A stretch of DNA of 64,000 bases from Rebecca billardiae RCC1528 (GCA_965240325.2 OZ251227.1:930001-994000); one strand, 5' to 3'. Counted from the stretch's first letter, positions 21,033 to 32,191 are shown. Program-made: numbers and translations. The notes: generated by a model from the sequence alone, not told the origin.

Positions 21033-21608
21033 CTATCTCTTCTTGAAGCCGTATTTCTTGCGCTCGTAGAAGAGGTCCGTCTTCGAGCTTCCCAGGTTGA
21101 CAATCTTTGGACAGCCATCTCTCTGTAGGGTCCGGCGTCCAGCGCACGCGGCACACATGGAACGGGCAGGGTGAGCGTGAGTGCGGGGCGCGAAAGGCGG
21201 GCAACGGCGCGCGAGTGTCACTCAGGTGTACGCACGTCTTTCTCGAGCTGCGTGCACTCCTTGCAGTAGTACGCATCGGATATGCCGATGCCTCCGCAGA
21301 TGACGCAGCGACCCTGGTAAGAGCCGTAGTTGCACTCGTCGCAAATTCGCACCATGGTGCACGGTCGCACGTAGCTGTCGCAGATCACGCATTTGCCGTC
21401 GCCTGTGGGCACGATGCGCCAACAGAGCAATGGTGAGTAGGGGTGTGCCACGGTGTGCCACGGGCCAGTCGCTCGCAAGCAGGGGTAGGAGGGACCAAGC
21501 CAATGCCCGGCAGCGGGTGGGCGCGCACGCACATTTTTCACACAGCCGGCCGATGGCGATGCCAGGCTGCTTCCGGCACATGATCAGGTCGGGATGGTGC
21601 TTCGCCAT
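21033..21608 (-). CDS. PHF5A: PHD finger-like domain protein 5A (SF3b subunit, Rds3); introns 21403-21532 and 21123-21235
   Basis: Spliced product [39 protein letters not shown]...[29 protein letters not shown] matches the near-invariant PHF5A sequence. Confidence 0.98.
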
Positions 21609-21877
21609 CGCTCACAACGATGCCGTCGCAGCACCGTCCCTGCAAGTGCAAGACGAAGCTGACGAGGCCAACACGGCGGACGGGAAGTCCTCGTCGCACG
21701 TGCGGGGCGCGTCAGTGGGAACAGGGACGATGGCGTCGACAGCCCTATCATGTCCGGTAGCGGCAGGTACCCCTCCGGTTCCGGACGAGCGGCGGCGGCG
21801 GCGGCGCAGTGGCGTGCCCACACGGCGCACCGGTCGACAAGGGTGCTCGTTCAACCCGACGGCGTTGTGCGGGCGCG

Positions 21878-22597
21878 ATGCACCTCGTGCAAGCGCTGCG
21901 CCTCACAAGGCTCGCGAGGCTCCCAGAGCTTCGGTCCGTCGCTCTGGTCCCGATCCGCGCACTGTCCACCACCCCGAAAGAGAAGAAGGTGAAGGCAACC
22001 GGCAAGGCCAATGCGTGGACCGTGTTCCTGCAGGATGAGCTGAAGAAGGCCACCGGCACCGGCGCGACCCACCAGGAGCGCATGCGGGAATCCGCTAAGC
22101 GGTACAAGGCTCTCGACCCCGCGCACATCGAGGGCCTTCGCCTGAAGGCATCCGACATGAACGCCAAGAACGGGCTCTTGGACGAGCCACCGAAGAAGAA
22201 GGCGCCGATGAATGCGTATACGCTCTTTGTGAAGGACGAGATCCCGGCCGTCGCGAAGGCTTTCCCGGAGATGACAAACACCGAGCGCTTCTCGGAGGTC
22301 GCGCGGCGGTACAAGGCGCTCGATAGCGCCGCCCTGGCTGCCCTCAAGGAGCGCGCGCACGCGGACAAGCAGGCGTTTGCGGCCAGCGCACCGCCCAAGT
22401 CGCCCAAGTCGCCCGCGAAGCACAACTCGTGGACGCTCTTCTGCAAGAAGGAGTCAGAGCGCCTCGGCGACGACTTTCGCATCACGAGGGACACCATGCA
22501 GACGCTGAGCAAAACGTACGCCAGCCTGTCTGATGCAGACAAGGCGGCGCTCAAGTCGGAGGCCGTGTCGCTGAATAACGAGCGGGCGGGCAGCTAG
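21878..22597 (+). CDS. Three-HMG-box protein with mitochondrial-type presequence (TFAM/Abf2-like candidate)
   Basis: Arg/Leu-rich N-terminus ending RALST; three HMG-like repeats (KANAWTVF..YKAL, KAPMNAYTLF..YKAL, AKHNSWTLF..YASLS). Confidence 0.8.
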   Translation: MHLVQALRLTRLARLPELRSVALVPIRALSTTPKEKKVKATGKANAWTVFLQDELKKATGTGATHQERMRESAKRYKALDPAHIEGLRLKASDMNAKNGLLDEPPKKKAPMNAYTLFVKDEIPAVAKAFPEMTNTERFSEVARRYKALDSAALAALKERAHADKQAFAASAPPKSPKSPAKHNSWTLFCKKESERLGDDFRITRDTMQTLSKTYASLSDADKAALKSEAVSLNNERAGS

Positions 22598-22900
22598 TCG
22601 GGCCTTGCCTCTTGTCGATCGATCGATCTCGCATCGAATCTCAGCCAACCCGACAGGCTCGGTCAGCAACGGCGTGAATGCAGCCGTCCGGCCCGCCGGC
22701 ACTTCGGCCTGCCTGCAGACTCGCGGGGCACCGCCATCACTCATCAGGTGCCGTCCCGGCGTCCCGGCGTCCCCGGTAAAATTTTAATTAATCACTGCGA
22801 TCTAGGCATGTCACTGAGTGTCACTTGTCAGTCAGCATCCGACGCGGCACTCGTGTTCGGGCCGCATTCAGATACTTATAGTCTGAATGGTATCGTCTTT

Positions 22901-22958
22901 TTAACGGTTCGTTACATGTAACGGTTCGTTTCGTAACGTAACGGTTCGTTACGTTACG
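22901..22958. repeat. TAACGGTTCGT x3 including a 12-bp-stem palindrome
   Basis: CGTAACGTAACG-GTT-CGTTACGTTACG at 22932-22958. Confidence 0.8.
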
Positions 22959-22964
22959 CATCCT

Positions 22965-23803
22965 AAAGGGCGTGAGGTTTTTTGGACGGACGGGCGTCAC
23001 ACCGCCACGCGATTGAATAGTAATACAATTTACAAGCCGAAGCCGGACGTGCCCATTTCGTGCCTACAGTGAGTACAGGCAATCGCGGGCAATAAGGAGC
23101 TGTCACGTTAAGAAACTGGGGCTTGCTATCTGCGGATCTGGCCTAGAAACTGAGAATAGCCGGCCGCGATTGGCTGGTTCGTAATACGCATAGTCATCAC
23201 ACTAAGAATAAAGAAACCGGGACTACGTCGCCCGCGGCCGATGAGTGGTCCGCCGTGAGGGCCCGAGGCGCAGTGCCCGTGGGACGCGGCGCGCGGCCCG
23301 ACTACGACGGTACAGGCCAAGTCCCGACTGAGTCTCCTGATGACTGACTCCTGGCCAGTGCACCGCAGCATCCATGCAACATCATGCCAGATTTGCTCCA
23401 AAATGGCCCAAGTTTTTCGTCGGCCTCGCCGGCCGGGCCTCGCTAAACTAAAGACTCAGCGGGGGGCTCTGCCCCCCTGCGCCCCCCGCGCCTGCGCGGC
23501 GGCGGCGGACCTAGCTGAAAAACTGAGACTCCGTAGGCACTCTGGCTACCGAACGGCTAAGAAACCGAGACTAGCCCTGAGATCTCTGACTTCTTATTGC
23601 CCGCGATTGCCTGTAACTATGGGGGTAATGCATGCTGAAGGAGGTCTCAAAATTCGAAACTCGGTCCTCCAGCCCTGAAATTCGTCCCCCGTCCCTTTTT
23701 TCTTGCTCAATGAGTCAAAGATCTTTTTGAAACGTGGTTAGGGCCCGCACTGCGGGCTCCACCGAGTCCACGCTGCGCGCTCCGCCCTGCACCGCGGGCC
23801 ATA
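22965..23803 (-). mobile_element. Family-D Helitron2-like element, partial copy D2, interrupted by a MITE
   Basis: 23627-23803 aligns with 36556-36719 including the end CCTGCACCGCGGGCCATAA; weaker homology continues left of the MITE (CGGACG.GCCC.TTTCG). Confidence 0.7.
23076..23613. mobile_element. Tc1/mariner-type MITE (538 bp)
   Basis: Perfect 21-bp TIR CAGGCAATCGCGGGCAATAAG with TA duplication at 23074-23075 and 23614-23615. Confidence 0.9.
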
Positions 23804-24029
23804 ATTTCTCAGCACTCAGTGACGACCGTGACTCGTGACGGTGAGGCTTCGTCATGTCTCATCACCGAGCCATCACTCGTGACCCTCATATCGGCATTAT
23901 CACCGTGTCGTCGACTCATCACTCACTAGTGAGTGTCTAGTGCCGTAGTGGCGACTCACTCTCCAATCGGACTCACTGTCTCAGTAGTCAGTAGCACTAA
24001 CTAACTAGTAACTAGTAAGGCTTATAGTT

Positions 24030-24717
24030 ATCGGCTACGCCGATCTTCGGGTAGTGAACAACGAAGTTGATGGCGCACGGCCCTAGTGGCTAGTTGTAGT
24101 CGCGTTCTTCACCATCACAAAGCTTGTGAGCAGCAGCCGGCTTGTGACGACACGGTCGGACGGTCGGACGGTGCCGGTGCAGCGGGGGCAGCGGCGGCGC
24201 GACGGCGTCGGCGATGGCGCGCTCGCACAGCGTCTGCAGCGCGTAAGCGCAGCGTGACTGCGACACGTGTGCAGCAGCGCGCCGCTCAGCTCCCGCCGCT
24301 CCACGCCGCCGCAGCGGCGCGCGCGGCGCGCGCCCGCCTCGGCCGCGCCCGCCGGCCCGCCACTCCGTCGCGCCGCCGCCGGCTGCTGCGCCGTCGGTGA
24401 CGGCGGGAGCGTCAGCGTGGGCGGCGAGGCGACGCGCTCTCCGCCGCTGACGGAGGAGTTGACGGAGGTCGTGCGCGCGAGGTCGGCGGCGGTGTGCGCG
24501 GCGGCGCTGGGCGAGTGCGCCAGCCTCTCGGGCAGCACATGCCCCGCCGCGCGCCCGCCGCCGCCCAGGCTCCCGCGCTCGGCCTCGGCCTCGCGAGTCG
24601 CGAGCGAGTCGCGCCGCGCCGCCGCGCGGTCCGAGTGCAGACGCCTGTCGACCGGATAGGTCAGATTTGCGACGCAGCCGCTCACGCTTAGACCTTTCGG
24701 GGGGGGCGTGCGCCATA
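24030..24717 (-). mobile_element. Family-A Helitron2-like element (copy A2, about 690 bp) with different cargo
   Basis: Same hairpin/subTIR start and GCTCACGCT.AGACCTTTCG(G)nCGTGCGCCATAA end as A1; interior unrelated to A1. Confidence 0.8.
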
Positions 24718-24847
24718 ATCAGCTTGAAACTGGTCTACTCCGCAGTTTACTTTCAAGTAGTTAACTAGACGTCATCAAGCAATTATATATATGTTATTAT
24801 TTTATAATAAGCAGATGAATAATACTTCTAAGTGTACTCCCGATAAT

Positions 24848-25910
24848 TAGGGTGTGGGGGCAAACCCCTCCCGTCCCACGCAATGTTATTTATACTTAGA
24901 GGAAATTTAGATAGTTAGGCGGGATCTGGCTCTATTCAGTCCGGAAAAATAGCGTGGGACGGGTTAGCAGCGCGCCGCTATTCCGCGGGCCTACTTAGGG
25001 GAAATTGAAAATATTTAGCGTGGCCGTGCAACGGTGCCCTCGTTTAAAATTCCCCTTTATAACGGGCTCCGGGTGATCAGACTGGCGGCCGAAGCCTCCA
25101 GCCCTACCCTGGCCAGCCCCCAACCAACCACCACCCTCACCCAACCTCAAACCGCTGACCGAGACACCAAGTGCCTTGACACCACGCCTGTGTCTTTAAA
25201 TCATAGAATTGGTATCTCCTCTAAAGGTCTAAGTGGGAGATCGCGTCGCCGCATCGCGATCAGACTCGCGCGAATCGTTGCTGAAAGGGCAGACGAGGAC
25301 ACATGCTCTCGCTGGCGCAGCGCCGCACGGAGGCGCGCGCACGCGGCTCGCGAGCGTGCGCGCGCGCGTTCTCGCGCGTCCGTCGCGCATGGAAGAGCGT
25401 CCACCTTCGCGCGCCCCGCACGACCAGAAGTCGACCTGGCCTGCCTCGTGCACTCTGGCGTGCGCGCTGCGGGCGGCGGAGCCCATCGGCGTGCGCTCGC
25501 CGCGTGGTGAACTCTTTGAAGGGCGCGCGGCTCGCGGCTCGCGCGTAGGGGTGCGCCGGAGCGTATCGATGCGAACGAGTGGCGCTGCCGTGACCCGACC
25601 CCCTGCCCGTCAATGAAAGCGTCAAGGCGGCTTCGCGAGCGCTCGCCCTTGCAAGGCGGCGCGAGGTTCTTCCTGGGGCACCCTCGCGCGCTTTGACGAA
25701 CTTGAGATTGATTGATCTCTAACGTTAGACGGGCTCGGGTGCCCCCACACAAGGGCGGTACCCACACCTGCGCCCCTACCCCCGTCGTACGCCTTGCGCT
25801 TACAAAGTTCCGTATTTGCCGGACAATTAGAGACCGTAACATTGCGCAGTGGGACTCACTCACTGGGACGTCAGGGAGTGACAGGGAGGGGTTTGCCCCC
25901 ACGTACCCTA
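24848..25910. mobile_element. About 1.06-kb non-autonomous TIR element; contains a family-B repeat and an E fragment
   Basis: Left TAGGGTGTGGGGGCAAACCCCTCCCGTCCCACGCAATGTTA (24848-24888) is inverted at 25837-25910 once small insertions are removed. Confidence 0.7.
25043..25175 (+). repeat. Dispersed repeat family B (uninterrupted reference copy)
   Basis: Matches 8462-8582 plus 10246-10264 and 47858-47933 in reverse orientation; contains a C(TTCG)G-loop hairpin on the minus strand. Confidence 0.8.
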
Positions 25911-25972
25911 GATTAGTTCTGTCTCGGCAGGAATTGTCAGCAGATCGAATGAATCAGTAAACTCCTAAGTAA

Positions 25973-26081
25973 CTATCTATATATCTATCTATATCTCTAT
26001 CTCTATCTCTATCTCTATCTCTATCTCTATCTATATCTATATCTATATCTATATCTATATCTATATCTATATCTATATATA
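25973..26081. repeat. (TCTATC)n/(TATATC)n microsatellite
   Basis: Direct reading. Confidence 0.95.
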
Positions 26082-26635
26082 CGGTGCGTCGAGCTTCCGC
26101 TCGGCGATGGAGTGATGGGCGACTACGAGGGGGGGGGGGACGACGGCGAGGAGCGCTGATCCTGGTGTTTGTCTCTGCTGCTCGATCTGCCGCTACAGCT
26201 TGCTGACTCTGACGCCTGCCCGTTGCACACCACGTCGTTAATATATATATATATTCGTCACTCTATAAATTGAGCAATTGATTTTAAGTGGCATCCGAGG
26301 ACGACGTCGACGCCAGTCGGCTGGCGCTGCAACTGTCTGCAAGCGGACGCTGAGCGGTTACGAGGAGTCCGAGGACCACGTACTACTGGGAGTGCGGGAC
26401 TGCCGGCCCGACCGGGGGCGGTACTATGCAATTGCAGGCGCGGCGCCCAGCGCGCTTATATATATATCATGTGAGACCTCCATTATATTGAATATCATTA
26501 TAATAACTTGGCTAAATATAAATCCTATATCTAGCTGCTATTGAGTCTAGCCTCCGCCGGGGGGCAACTAGCTACTCCGTACTCGGTGCCCTCGGACTCG
26601 GAGCGCGAGCCCAAGCTGCGGCAAGCCGAACCGCA

Positions 26636-27649
26636 TCACCCCCCGGGCGCCAGGCCGTTCGGAGCCGACGGCCCGTCGGAGCGCCCCGAGACCAGGTCCG
26701 TCCACCCAGGGTTCAGAACCACTGCATCGAGCTGGCGCAGGCTGGCTGGTGCGAGACGCAGCACATCCTCCAGGTAGGTCGCCCTCCGGGCGAACGGGTT
26801 CCCCTCGAGGTAGAGCGTCTGCAGAGAGGCCATGCTCCCCACCGGCTTGGCGGCTTCCACCGCTTCGAGCGCGTTGTCGTTGAGCCACAGGTCCTCCAGG
26901 ACAGGCAGGTGCGCAAGGCTTGGCACGGCGCTGATCTTGTTGCCGGAGACGTCGAGCACCTTGAGGGCGAGGAGTGTGGGCGGCAGGCTGTCGAGCGAGG
27001 TGAGACCATTGTGGGCCACGTACAGCTCGCGCAGCCGCGCGAGCGAGGCGAGCCCGTCCAGCGAAACCAGCCTGTTGCTTGACAGCCCCAGGATCTCCAG
27101 AGACACCAGCCGCTCGATGCCGGAGGCAGACGCGAGCTTGTTTCGGCCCAGGTGAAGCTCGCGGAGGTTGGCAAGGTGGCCGATCTTCTCGATCTCGCGG
27201 ATGCGATTCGAGCCGAGCTCGAGCGTTTGGAGCTGCGTGAGACTCTCCAGGCCCTCGATCCGCTCGAGCTTGTTCTGCGGCGCGTAAAGCTTCTCCAAAT
27301 GCGCGAGGCCCTGCTCGCTCAGCGGCGCGAGCGAGCGGATGGAATTGTGCGAGATGTCCAGAGAGCGCAGGGCGCGCAGATGCTCGAGGCCACGCAGCTC
27401 GGCGATCTCGTTGTCGTAGAGCTCGAGCTCACGCAGCTTGTGCAGGTTGCCGAGCCCGCTGATCTCACGGATGGCATTTGAGCGCAGCACGAGCACCTCG
27501 AGCTCGCTCAGCGCGTCGAGGTTCTCGATCGCGGTGAGCCGATTCTGGGTGAGGTGCAACTCGATGAGCGTGGGCGGCAGCTCGTATCCAGCGCCGATCG
27601 CACCGTGCGGCTCACCGGTGAGGTCGAGTACGCGTCGTAGGTCGGCCAT
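26636..27649 (-). CDS. SDS22-type leucine-rich-repeat protein (PP1 regulatory subunit 7-like)
   Basis: About 11 LRRs of 22 aa (LELGSNRIREIE, LHLGRNKL, LWLNDN, LYLEGNP) plus LRRcap (LRQLDA). Confidence 0.85.
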   Translation of the reverse strand: MADLRRVLDLTGEPHGAIGAGYELPPTLIELHLTQNRLTAIENLDALSELEVLVLRSNAIREISGLGNLHKLRELELYDNEIAELRGLEHLRALRSLDISHNSIRSLAPLSEQGLAHLEKLYAPQNKLERIEGLESLTQLQTLELGSNRIREIEKIGHLANLRELHLGRNKLASASGIERLVSLEILGLSSNRLVSLDGLASLARLRELYVAHNGLTSLDSLPPTLLALKVLDVSGNKISAVPSLAHLPVLEDLWLNDNALEAVEAAKPVGSMASLQTLYLEGNPFARRATYLEDVLRLAPASLRQLDAVVLNPGWTDLVSGRSDGPSAPNGLAPGG

Positions 27650-27882
27650 GACACCCACGGCTGCCCTCCGCCGCAGCCACCTTGTCCCGGGTCCTCGGCG
27701 CGCTCGACGACCGCTCGGCGCTCGCGTGCTTGGCGGCGTGCCTGTGTAGCCAGCCACCTGCCGGACGCTGCAGCGTCCGGCCACCGACTCTGCACCGGCC
27801 ACCTTGGGACGGGGCACCCTTCGGGGGCCACCTTGACGCTGCAACGTGCTCGTTGCACCGCGCGCGCGCTCTGGTCGGAGGT

Positions 27883-29010
27883 ATGCCCGCCGCGGGCTCG
27901 GTGAGCCTGCTGCTAGACGTGGTGCCCTTCATGGCCCCGAGCTGGTGCCGCTCGCTGCGGGCGCCTCCCGCTGCACGTGTGCGTCTCGGTGTCATGCCGA
28001 CCCCGCTGCATCGGTGGTCTCCGCCATGCCTCGCGTCCAGTGGGGCGGAGGTGTACATCAAGCGCGATGACATGAGCGGAGGTCCCGAGCTCGGTGGGAA
28101 CAAGGTCCGTAAGCTCGAGTTCCTCCTGGCCGCGGCCTTGTCGCAGGGGGCGGACTGTATAGTGACGATTGGCGGTGTGCAGAGCAATCACGCCCGAGCC
28201 ACAACGTCGGCGGCCAGGATGCTCGGACTAGACGCTCATCTAGTCCTGCGCGTGAGCGACCGCGCCGCCGACGCAGAGATTGGCTTCGATGGAAATCTCT
28301 TGTTCGAGCGGCTCGCGGGCGCAACGATCCGCACTGTGACTAAAAGCGAGTACGCGCGCCACGGCTCCGAGATGCTGACAGCCACGCTTGCCGAGCAGCT
28401 GCGTGCGGCGGGGCGGAGGCCATACGTGATTCCAGTCGGTGGGAGCAACGCGCTGGGGACGTGGGGCTACCTCAGCGCCGTGGAGGAGCTGCTTGGGCAG
28501 ATAGGCTCGAGCCCTCCCCCGGACCACATCGTCGTCGCATGCGGCTCCGGTGGCACGGCAGCGGGCATCGCGCTGGGTGTTTGGCTCGCAGGCCTCAAGC
28601 ACACGACGGTCCACGCCGTCGGCGTGTGCGACTCGCCTGGCTATTTCTACAAGCACATCGGAGAGCTCATTGAGGAGATGGGCGTTGATCTGAATGGGCG
28701 CGCTGTTGAGGACCTGCTTGTCATTCACCAAGGCAAAGGCATCGGCTACAGCATGTCAACTGAGGCAGAACTGCGGACGATCGCAGAGACTGCTGCTGCG
28801 ACGGGTGTCACGCTGGACGCCACGTACTCGGGCAAGGCCCTGCACGTTTTTGCCGAGCTCATGAGGGCGGAACCCGAGCGCTTTGCCAGCTCGCGCGTGC
28901 TCTTCTGGCACACGGGTGGAGCACTGGGGATGTATGACCGCACGTCATCCTTTCAGGCGCTCATGCCAGACCACCAGGTCACACCACTGCTTCCCCGCCA
29001 TTCTTCTTAG
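27883..29010 (+). CDS. D-cysteine desulfhydrase (PLP-dependent, ACC-deaminase family)
   Basis: IKRDD..GGNKVRKLEF, GGVQSNHAR, CGSGGTAAG; YSGK and HTGG give the Ser/Thr signature of D-cysteine desulfhydrase, not the Glu/Leu of ACC deaminase. Confidence 0.92.
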   Translation: MPAAGSVSLLLDVVPFMAPSWCRSLRAPPAARVRLGVMPTPLHRWSPPCLASSGAEVYIKRDDMSGGPELGGNKVRKLEFLLAAALSQGADCIVTIGGVQSNHARATTSAARMLGLDAHLVLRVSDRAADAEIGFDGNLLFERLAGATIRTVTKSEYARHGSEMLTATLAEQLRAAGRRPYVIPVGGSNALGTWGYLSAVEELLGQIGSSPPPDHIVVACGSGGTAAGIALGVWLAGLKHTTVHAVGVCDSPGYFYKHIGELIEEMGVDLNGRAVEDLLVIHQGKGIGYSMSTEAELRTIAETAAATGVTLDATYSGKALHVFAELMRAEPERFASSRVLFWHTGGALGMYDRTSSFQALMPDHQVTPLLPRHSS

Positions 29011-29199
29011 CGCAGACTTAGTTAGCACTAGCAGGGGTAACGTAAACGTTCGATGACGTATTGGCGGTGGAGAGGCTTAACCTGCCACTCCTGCCAGTGG
29101 CACTTTTCAATCATCTCAGGCCTTAAGTTGGCCGAACTTGCTATACAATGGCTATAGAGTGTACATTGGGTCCGCGGCAACATCATGAAGGACGAGCGC

Positions 29200-30234
29200 C
29201 TATGGTGGGCGAAGATACTGCCTGGTCCTTGGCCTCCGCTTCACCTTTGCATACGGGATCGTATTCGTCAAGTCGCGCGGCGGCTGCACGTCCGGGCAGC
29301 ACTGCAGTGAGGTGACCCGGCACTGATTGGTCTTCTTGCCGCCGCACTCCGCTAGCGCCGCGCAGTGCTCGATGCGATCACGCTCGGAGCACGAACCGAT
29401 CACGCACGCCATCTGCTGGCAGAAGATGAAGTGCACGAAGCGCGGCAGCGGGAACTTGACGGCACTGTCGTCGGCATACTTGTCGGCCGGCACGGCCGGC
29501 TTGTCCGGCTGGCGTTTGTCCACGCGCGTGTGGCGATCCTGCTTACCACCTGCCAGCTTGTTCTCTGTAAGCTGCAGCACCCAGGAGCTGAGCACGTCCT
29601 GTATGACGTACTCACCGCCCGTGTCGTCCCACCACTGCGTGCGCGAGAGGTAAACGTCTTCGATGAAGTACAGCCCACCCGGGTTGAGCATGTCGTTCCA
29701 GAACACATCAAACGTGTGCAACATGTCCGAATTGAAGTGGGAGCCATCGTCGATGATCACGTCGAACCCGCCGCGCGGGCCGGCGCGCTTCGCGGCGGCC
29801 TTCCACTGCATCAGCGTGCGGAATTCGCCCTGCGGACCAGTGAGCGTATTGATGCCCTCGAGCTCGCCCTTCTCCTTTGAGCGCTGCACGCAGTCGGCGT
29901 CGAGCTCCGCCTCCCACAACTCAGCGTGGGGAAGGTACTCGCGCCACACCTTGACGGATGCGCCTGGGCCGTAGTTCATGTTGCACCCGAGGCCGATCTC
30001 GAGCATGCGCATGCCGGGCACGCCGCGCAGAGGTGCCAGGAAGATGCCGTACATAGTCTCGTACGGGTGTGTCGTGAATTTATCGGACATGCGGCCGTAC
30101 TTGGCCTTGTGCGACAGGCCGAGCTCGCGCAGCTCGTACACCTGGCCATTGTACCCCAGCATGTGCGTCACATTGCGCGGGTCGACGAGACCATTCGCGT
30201 GCGCCGCCAACAGCGCGAACACTGCCGCCCGCAT
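29200..30234 (-). CDS. Class I SAM-dependent methyltransferase-like protein (MycE/8-demethyl-O-methyltransferase-like) with signal peptide
   Basis: DK..H.Y...Y, MLEIGLGC..YGPGAS..W, FDVIIDDGSH, LNPGGLYFIED. Confidence 0.8.
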   Translation of the reverse strand: MRAAVFALLAAHANGLVDPRNVTHMLGYNGQVYELRELGLSHKAKYGRMSDKFTTHPYETMYGIFLAPLRGVPGMRMLEIGLGCNMNYGPGASVKVWREYLPHAELWEAELDADCVQRSKEKGELEGINTLTGPQGEFRTLMQWKAAAKRAGPRGGFDVIIDDGSHFNSDMLHTFDVFWNDMLNPGGLYFIEDVYLSRTQWWDDTGGEYVIQDVLSSWVLQLTENKLAGGKQDRHTRVDKRQPDKPAVPADKYADDSAVKFPLPRFVHFIFCQQMACVIGSCSERDRIEHCAALAECGGKKTNQCRVTSLQCCPDVQPPRDLTNTIPYAKVKRRPRTRQYLRPP

Positions 30235-30413
30235 CGCTCGAACCGAGGGCGGCAAAGATCCGCGCGCCCCGCGGCGGTGCCACCCTTGCGCGCCGACCGC
30301 CGAGGCAAATTTGGCCGAGGCGCCGAACTGGGCAAGCAGGCGGGATTTCTGCGTCCGGTTCCGCTCATTGTCAGCCAGGGTCCGGTGCAGATTGACCTGT
30401 CGACGTCGGTGCG

Positions 30414-30674
30414 ATGGCGGCCTCGCCGCCACTGCCAGCGGTGCTGATCACTTCCAGCGGCCACGTGGTGGGTCGAGTGCCACCGAAGCCTCGGAACGAC
30501 GTCCCGCGGGTACCCATCGTTCTCGGAGTACTCACATTTGTCGGGATCGTTTGCCTCGCTCTGGCTATGCTCGGTACAAGCAGGCGATCGGAAGAGACAT
30601 CCGCACACGTCGTCGTCAATATCCCCGCGTCATCCTTGCAGGGCGGCCTCAACGCATCTGTCGACGGCAGATGA
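30414..30674 (+). CDS. Possible small single-TM protein
   Basis: VPIVLGVLTFVGIVCLALAML helix; divergent from the methyltransferase. Confidence 0.35.
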   Translation: MAASPPLPAVLITSSGHVVGRVPPKPRNDVPRVPIVLGVLTFVGIVCLALAMLGTSRRSEETSAHVVVNIPASSLQGGLNASVDGR

Positions 30675-32191
30675 CGCGTCTCGATCACACTGGTTTGCCG
30701 GGCGCAGGTGTGGCGCCAAAACGCGACTCGCGCTCCACACTTGTCTGCTCTGCACGTTTGCACGCGCGCGCGCGTGTGCACGCACGGCTGCGTGATGAGC
30801 CCAAGCCAAGATTGATCGCGTGAGAAAAACACCACTGGCGAGAAGGTACAAGCTCTGACAGCTGCGCACAGGGGCGTGCGATGAGCTTGGTGCAGTGAGG
30901 AACATTATGTCATGAGGCCGATTTGGAGGCGCATTGTGTCGAACACGCAATGCGTCGCTGAATGAACTCAGCAGAAGGGATGATTTCTGAGCACCTCGCC
31001 AGCCCGCTTCCCTGCGATCGTGGCCGCCGGCCCACGCGGCGGCATGGGATGTTGCGACTAGGCCGCGGTTGCACACTGCCCCTCCCGGTCGCGGTGTGGG
31101 GTGACTGGGTTTTACGGTTCACCGCTGCCGTGCCGTGTGCTCTCTGACCGCGATGCGTCGCACTCGCAGTGTGTCCACGGTGCTGCCTGCTGATGATCAT
31201 GATACGCAATCGTGACCGCCCCCTCCTGCGTACGCGCGCGCATCATATCGCCCACGCCCTGACAATGGCAGGTGCAGTGCTAGGCGGGTTACTCCATCCA
31301 GTCGCGCAGCTCGACGCTTTTCTCTGGTGATAAGTTGTGCGCTCTGTCATTGACGAGTGATACTTGTGATACGGACTATTACGGTCTGCCGGTGCTGCCA
31401 TCTGCCGTCGGACCTGCGCGCGTTGCCACCGCCGCGTCACCATTTTCAAACATGATCAGAGCGATTCCGACGACGACGCTGCGAGTCATCAGCAACTTCT
31501 CACGTTGCATGCGCAACATGCTGCGCGTCCTTTTCGCATCATCACTCATCACTCATCAGTCTCAGAGTCTGCTTGCAAGATCGGCCAGCACTAACTAGTC
31601 AGACGTCTGTCACTCTGTCACACTAGCCGTACTCACTCACTAGTCACTAGAGCTCTAGAGTCACGCCCGGTGAGGCGGTCCGCTCAGTCTGGTCCGCCGG
31701 CCTTATGGCTTATCGCAGACAGTAGTAACGTATTACTGCTTAGACGTACTGCATCAATCAGTAGCATCAAACGTGAAGAGGTAACTGGTCCTAAGTGATG
31801 CCGCGCGTGTAACTGTAAAGTGTAAGCGTGAGTTGCCACTGACCGGTCGCGACGCCGGCGTCGGCCTACTAGCTACTCTGCTATTGATTGCCAAATGGTG
31901 GACCGTGATGCAGTACAGTATAAGTTGACCTTGCAGTTGTAGGCTGGCTTCAAGAGTGCAGGTATTACTATGCCATCACTAGCTGACTGTACTACTACTA
32001 GCTTTCTGCTACTTCTACTACTACCACTGAGAATACTCAGAGAGTCAGAGTCAGGTTTGCAGCAGGAAAGACCACCGGGAAAAAATTCAAAAAAGGCGGA
32101 GCTGGAAATCTTGGTCCGCAAATCTCGTCATCGACAAAATAATCTGCCGTTGTGTGCGAATCGTCACGGCGTCGCGACCTTTCCCGGCTCG

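Noticed and set aside
27883-29010. ACC deaminase
   Set aside because: Has Ser/Thr (YSGK, HTGG) rather than the Glu/Leu diagnostic residues
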